Positions 60,804 to 64,000 of a DNA stretch of 64,000 bases are shown here, in pieces. This stretch comes from Armatimonadota bacterium (GTDB lineage Bacteria > Armatimonadota > SYMT01): assembly GCA_041690135.1 (NCBI GenBank), contig JAWLHY010000001.1:224001-288000 (forward strand). Direction: 5' to 3'. The notes under the pieces are model-generated. The model did no database searches and had not been told where the DNA came from. It worked only from the letters and a program-made list of their open reading frames with translations. Every line of letters begins with the position of its first letter. Positions within the stretch are counted from its first letter, which is position 1. Made by a program: the position numbers and the translations under genes.

Positions 60804-60979
60804 CGGAGAGCGCGCCGGGATACGCGCGGGACGAATGCGCTGAGCGAACCTGGGTCGAAAAAAACTCGGCGCAATGCATCAAATTAAGAATGAGATAAGG
60901 TCTAATACTCGGTGGGACAGGGCCCACCGGTTGACCGGAGATGTGGCGATCAACATGGTGCCCTGTCAGGAGCCGGAAA

Positions 60980-61468
60980 ATGGGCAGCAGTAACACGCCC
61001 CCAGAGCCGGGGAACGAGCGGATGTATTTCGTTCGGCGCGAAGAAATCCCCGTGCTGGGACAGCTGGTGGCCGAGCGTTCGCTCTCGGAACTGTCCCAGG
61101 TGAGTAACTTCCGCCATGAGCTTAAAACGCTTCTGGAGCAGCGCGGGGTCGAACCCGATATCACCCAGGATCTTCTGGTCGCAGCCGGCGAAGCGAGCAA
61201 CAACGCCTGCGTCCATGGAGGCGGAGGGCGATGCTGTGTCTTCGCCAGCGACGACCGGCTGGTCGTGCGGGTGAGCGACAACGGGCCGGGTATTTCCGCG
61301 GAATACCTTGCAAGAGCGGTTTTCGAGACGGGGTTCTCCAGCATTGGGACCTGCGGGATGGGCTACACCTTGATGCTCGGCTTTGCCGATCGCATCTGGC
61401 TGGCTACCGACCCCACCGGCACGGTCGTGCAACTGGAGAAGTGCCTGGTGGGGACTGCAAGCCATTAA
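60980..61468 (+). CDS. Stand-alone anti-sigma-kinase-type HATPase protein
   Basis: DLLVAAGEASNNACVHG, VSDNGPGI; clear paralog of the C-terminal domain of 6040..7380. Confidence 0.8.
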   Translation: MGSSNTPPEPGNERMYFVRREEIPVLGQLVAERSLSELSQVSNFRHELKTLLEQRGVEPDITQDLLVAAGEASNNACVHGGGGRCCVFASDDRLVVRVSDNGPGISAEYLARAVFETGFSSIGTCGMGYTLMLGFADRIWLATDPTGTVVQLEKCLVGTASH

Positions 61469-61645
61469 CGCGTTCCCAAGCTTCCGTTTGCCCGGGGGAA
61501 TCTCCGGGTATGGGAGAGTGGCGTACCTGTCAGCGCTCGCTCTCCTATTCAGGTAGCCCTTATTTCCCCATACCGCAATCGCGGTAGCCTATGGTTCGGG
61601 TGTTTCCCTGCCGCTGCGCTTGGCGGAACCCGGCGACGGAGGCGA

Positions 61646-61993
61646 TTGGTGCTGAAGCCCCTGAGATCCTGGCTCGTGGAGCACGGGCATTCCACGCATG
61701 GCGATCTGGACGTGGAGTACAGCGCCGATGGCGGCGTGTGGGTCGTCATCCGGTGCGTGGCCTCTCGCCACCCGAGCATGCAGTACGGCAAGCAGCTCGT
61801 GTGCGTGATTCCGGAACACTCCGCCGCCATCGTCGGCTGCCTCGTGAAAGACGAGCCGGACGACGGCTGGTACGTCGGTACCCGCGCGGAAGTGGAAGGC
61901 TGTATCGAAGCGTTCATGCACAAGGTCGAGGAGGCGCGCCGCAGTCACTTCCCGGAGCAACAGCGGGAACGGGACCTGCCGCACTGGGGCTGA
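61646..61993 (+). CDS. Hypothetical protein
   Basis: 115-aa ORF with GGAGG upstream and G/C-rich third positions; no recognised motif. Confidence 0.55.
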   Translation: MVLKPLRSWLVEHGHSTHGDLDVEYSADGGVWVVIRCVASRHPSMQYGKQLVCVIPEHSAAIVGCLVKDEPDDGWYVGTRAEVEGCIEAFMHKVEEARRSHFPEQQRERDLPHWG

Positions 61994-62340
61994 CACCGCA
62001 CGCGCCCTAAGCCAACCCAAAGGTTATCTTTCCCATCGTCAGGAGGAATCACGGTTCAGTCCGCAGCCGAGTGGGTATCAAGAGACAAGCCTCCTGAATC
62101 CTGTCGCTTCCGGCATCGTGGAGTAAGCCGGAGTGCACGGTCAGGGCGGTGCGAGGTGTGTGGTGGCGGACATCATCAATCCTGCGGTAGTGGCTGGGAT
62201 CTTCCTGTGTGCGGTGTGGGTGCTCGCTCGGGTGTCGATGGAAGCGTAGGGGACCTGGGCAGGAAAGCCGGGGACGCCCGGCGAACGACGAAATGGCCGG
62301 CGGCCGCGAGCCCTTGCTCGCGGCCCCTTTGTTTTTGCGT

Positions 62341-62640
62341 ATGGACGAAGAAGAACTGCTTAACGATGACCTCGCGGGTGAACAGGCGACGGCCTGGGCC
62401 GCCGACCCCGAGCGCATCGATCCGGATGACTACCCGCCCAGCTCGCCGTTTGCCAAGCAGATGACCTGGGCTCCCTGTGCTGAATGCGGGATCCAGGTCC
62501 ACCTGCCTGTCTCGCAATTCGTCTACACCGGCCTCGTCTGCCCGAAGTGCGGCGATCAGCTCCTGGCGCCGCCGGCCGACCCGGAAGACTGGATCGGTCG
62601 CGTGCTGCGGGAAGAAGACGAGTTCTCGGAGCAGCTCTGA
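62341..62640 (+). CDS. Small acidic zinc-ribbon protein, paralog A
   Basis: CAEC..CPKC; ATG 62341. Confidence 0.65.
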   Translation: MDEEELLNDDLAGEQATAWAADPERIDPDDYPPSSPFAKQMTWAPCAECGIQVHLPVSQFVYTGLVCPKCGDQLLAPPADPEDWIGRVLREEDEFSEQL

Positions 62641-62641
62641 C

Positions 62642-62953
62642 ATGCGTCTCGACTACACCCGCCAGACCCGCTGGAGCCACGACCCCGAGGCCGTGGAGGA
62701 GGACGTCGTTCCACCCGGGAGCATCTACATCAAACAGGTGATGTGGGTCCCCTGCAACGATTGCGACCTCCAGGTCCACGCGACCCTCAGCCAGTTCTAC
62801 GGTTCCGGAGTAACCTGTCCGGAATGCGGCAAACGCCTCACGTCCCCGCGCGTGCTCGGTAACCCCGACGTGGCGGTGGCGCGCATCGTGGAAGTGGAGG
62901 AAATCCTCCGGGACAACGTGGAGCCCGGCACCCCCTTCGCCCCCGAAGAGTAG
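62642..62953 (+). CDS. Small acidic zinc-ribbon protein, paralog B
   Basis: CNDC..CPEC; ATG 1 bp after the stop of paralog A. Confidence 0.65.
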   Translation: MRLDYTRQTRWSHDPEAVEEDVVPPGSIYIKQVMWVPCNDCDLQVHATLSQFYGSGVTCPECGKRLTSPRVLGNPDVAVARIVEVEEILRDNVEPGTPFAPEE

Positions 62954-62965
62954 AGGAACAGCGCC

Positions 62966-63979
62966 TTGGCCCGCCCCGTCCACCCCCCGGATCGCCTGCC
63001 CGCCGGCCTGTGCATTTTTGGGATGACCTATCTCTGCGGCCTCACCTGGGCCGACGGTCCCCAGGCGCATTCCCGGCCGTTGACCGCTCGCGACGTGCTC
63101 CGTCTCGCGGCCGACAGCGGCCTCTCCTACGTGGAGATGCCGCTCCGGATGCTGGAAGCCGGCGGCGAGACGCTGACCGCCCTACGCGCCGCCGCGGAGG
63201 ACCTGGGGCTGCGGTTCGTCCTCCCCGCCAGCCGGCCGGACGCGGAGGAGCTCACCCATCACCTGCGCATCGCCCGCGAGTTGGGGGCGCCGACGGTTCG
63301 CTGTACCCTCAGCGGTGTCCTATGCGGGGACCGGCGCGGGTTTCCGGGCGGCTGGAAAGCGCACCTGGAAAGCTGCGCCCGCACGCTGGAAGCCGTGGTG
63401 CCCGAAGCGGAGCGACTAGGAATCGCCATCGGCCTGGAAAACCACCAGGACGCCGACTCCGCCGACCTCCTCGCGCTGTGCCGCCGGTTCGAGAGCCGCT
63501 ACCTGGGCGTAACCCTCGACGCCGCGAACCCGCTCGCGGTGATGGAAGAGCCGCTGGAGTTCGCCCGCCGCCTCGCGCCCTATCTCCGGCACGTGCACCT
63601 GAAGGACTACCGTATCCACCCCGCCCCGAACGGCTACCGGCTCGTCCGCTGCGCGACGGGGGAGGGGGTGGTCGACTTCCCCGCCCTGCTGGAGCTTCTG
63701 GACGCCCAGGAATGGCCGGTCACCCGGAATATCGAAGTAGGAGCCCTGCAGGCCCGCCAGATCCCGATCCTGGAGCCCTCCTGGTGGGCGGAGTACGACA
63801 ACCGTACCCTTACCGGCTCCCTGCCCGCCCTGAGTCTCATCTGGAACCACCTCCGCCCCGCGGACGAAGAGTGGCGCACCCCCTTCGAGCGCGACGCCCC
63901 CGGCGAAGAACTGGCTGCGTACGAATGGCGGCAGTTCCACAGCAGCCTGGAGTATTTGCGGAGAATCCACAGCACCTGA
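62966..63979 (+). CDS. Sugar phosphate isomerase/epimerase (xylose isomerase-like TIM barrel)
   Basis: GLENHQD, LDAAN, HVHLKDY, GEGVVD motifs. Confidence 0.85.
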   Translation: MARPVHPPDRLPAGLCIFGMTYLCGLTWADGPQAHSRPLTARDVLRLAADSGLSYVEMPLRMLEAGGETLTALRAAAEDLGLRFVLPASRPDAEELTHHLRIARELGAPTVRCTLSGVLCGDRRGFPGGWKAHLESCARTLEAVVPEAERLGIAIGLENHQDADSADLLALCRRFESRYLGVTLDAANPLAVMEEPLEFARRLAPYLRHVHLKDYRIHPAPNGYRLVRCATGEGVVDFPALLELLDAQEWPVTRNIEVGALQARQIPILEPSWWAEYDNRTLTGSLPALSLIWNHLRPADEEWRTPFERDAPGEELAAYEWRQFHSSLEYLRRIHST

Positions 63980-64000
63980 CAACCGTGTGATTCCGAGCCC

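Overview
High-GC bacterial chromosomal window, most consistent with Armatimonadota (inference from four prepilin/H-X9-DG paralogs with the [12 protein letters not shown] signature, a PEP-CTERM protein, an outer-membrane porin, RNase J and dapB-asd-dapA-rnj synteny). Mostly housekeeping genes (folP, guaA, hpt, rho, lysC, thiC with a TPP riboswitch, dapB/asd/dapA/rnj, pepF), signalling genes (PAS-HATPase, PAS/GAF-PP2C, histidine kinase, diguanylate cyclase) and a peptide/nickel-type ABC transporter without its ATPases. The most unusual items are: (1) a nitrogen locus where an orphan ECF-like sigma factor heads a porin-amtB-glnK run, divergent from glnB-glnE; (2) a 1.65-kb non-coding array of three ~537-bp units, each holding a ~298-bp segment bounded by 34-bp inverted repeats; (3) a prepilin gene bracketed by 13-bp inverted repeats between lysC and thiC; (4) several other structured or dispersed intergenic repeats; (5) an unannotated 50-aa His-tailed protein and a probable ATC start codon. 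I saw no tRNA, rRNA, CRISPR array, transposase, integrase or reverse transcriptase. All calls are from reading motifs by eye; no searches were run, and several start codons were adjusted by hand from the ORF track.
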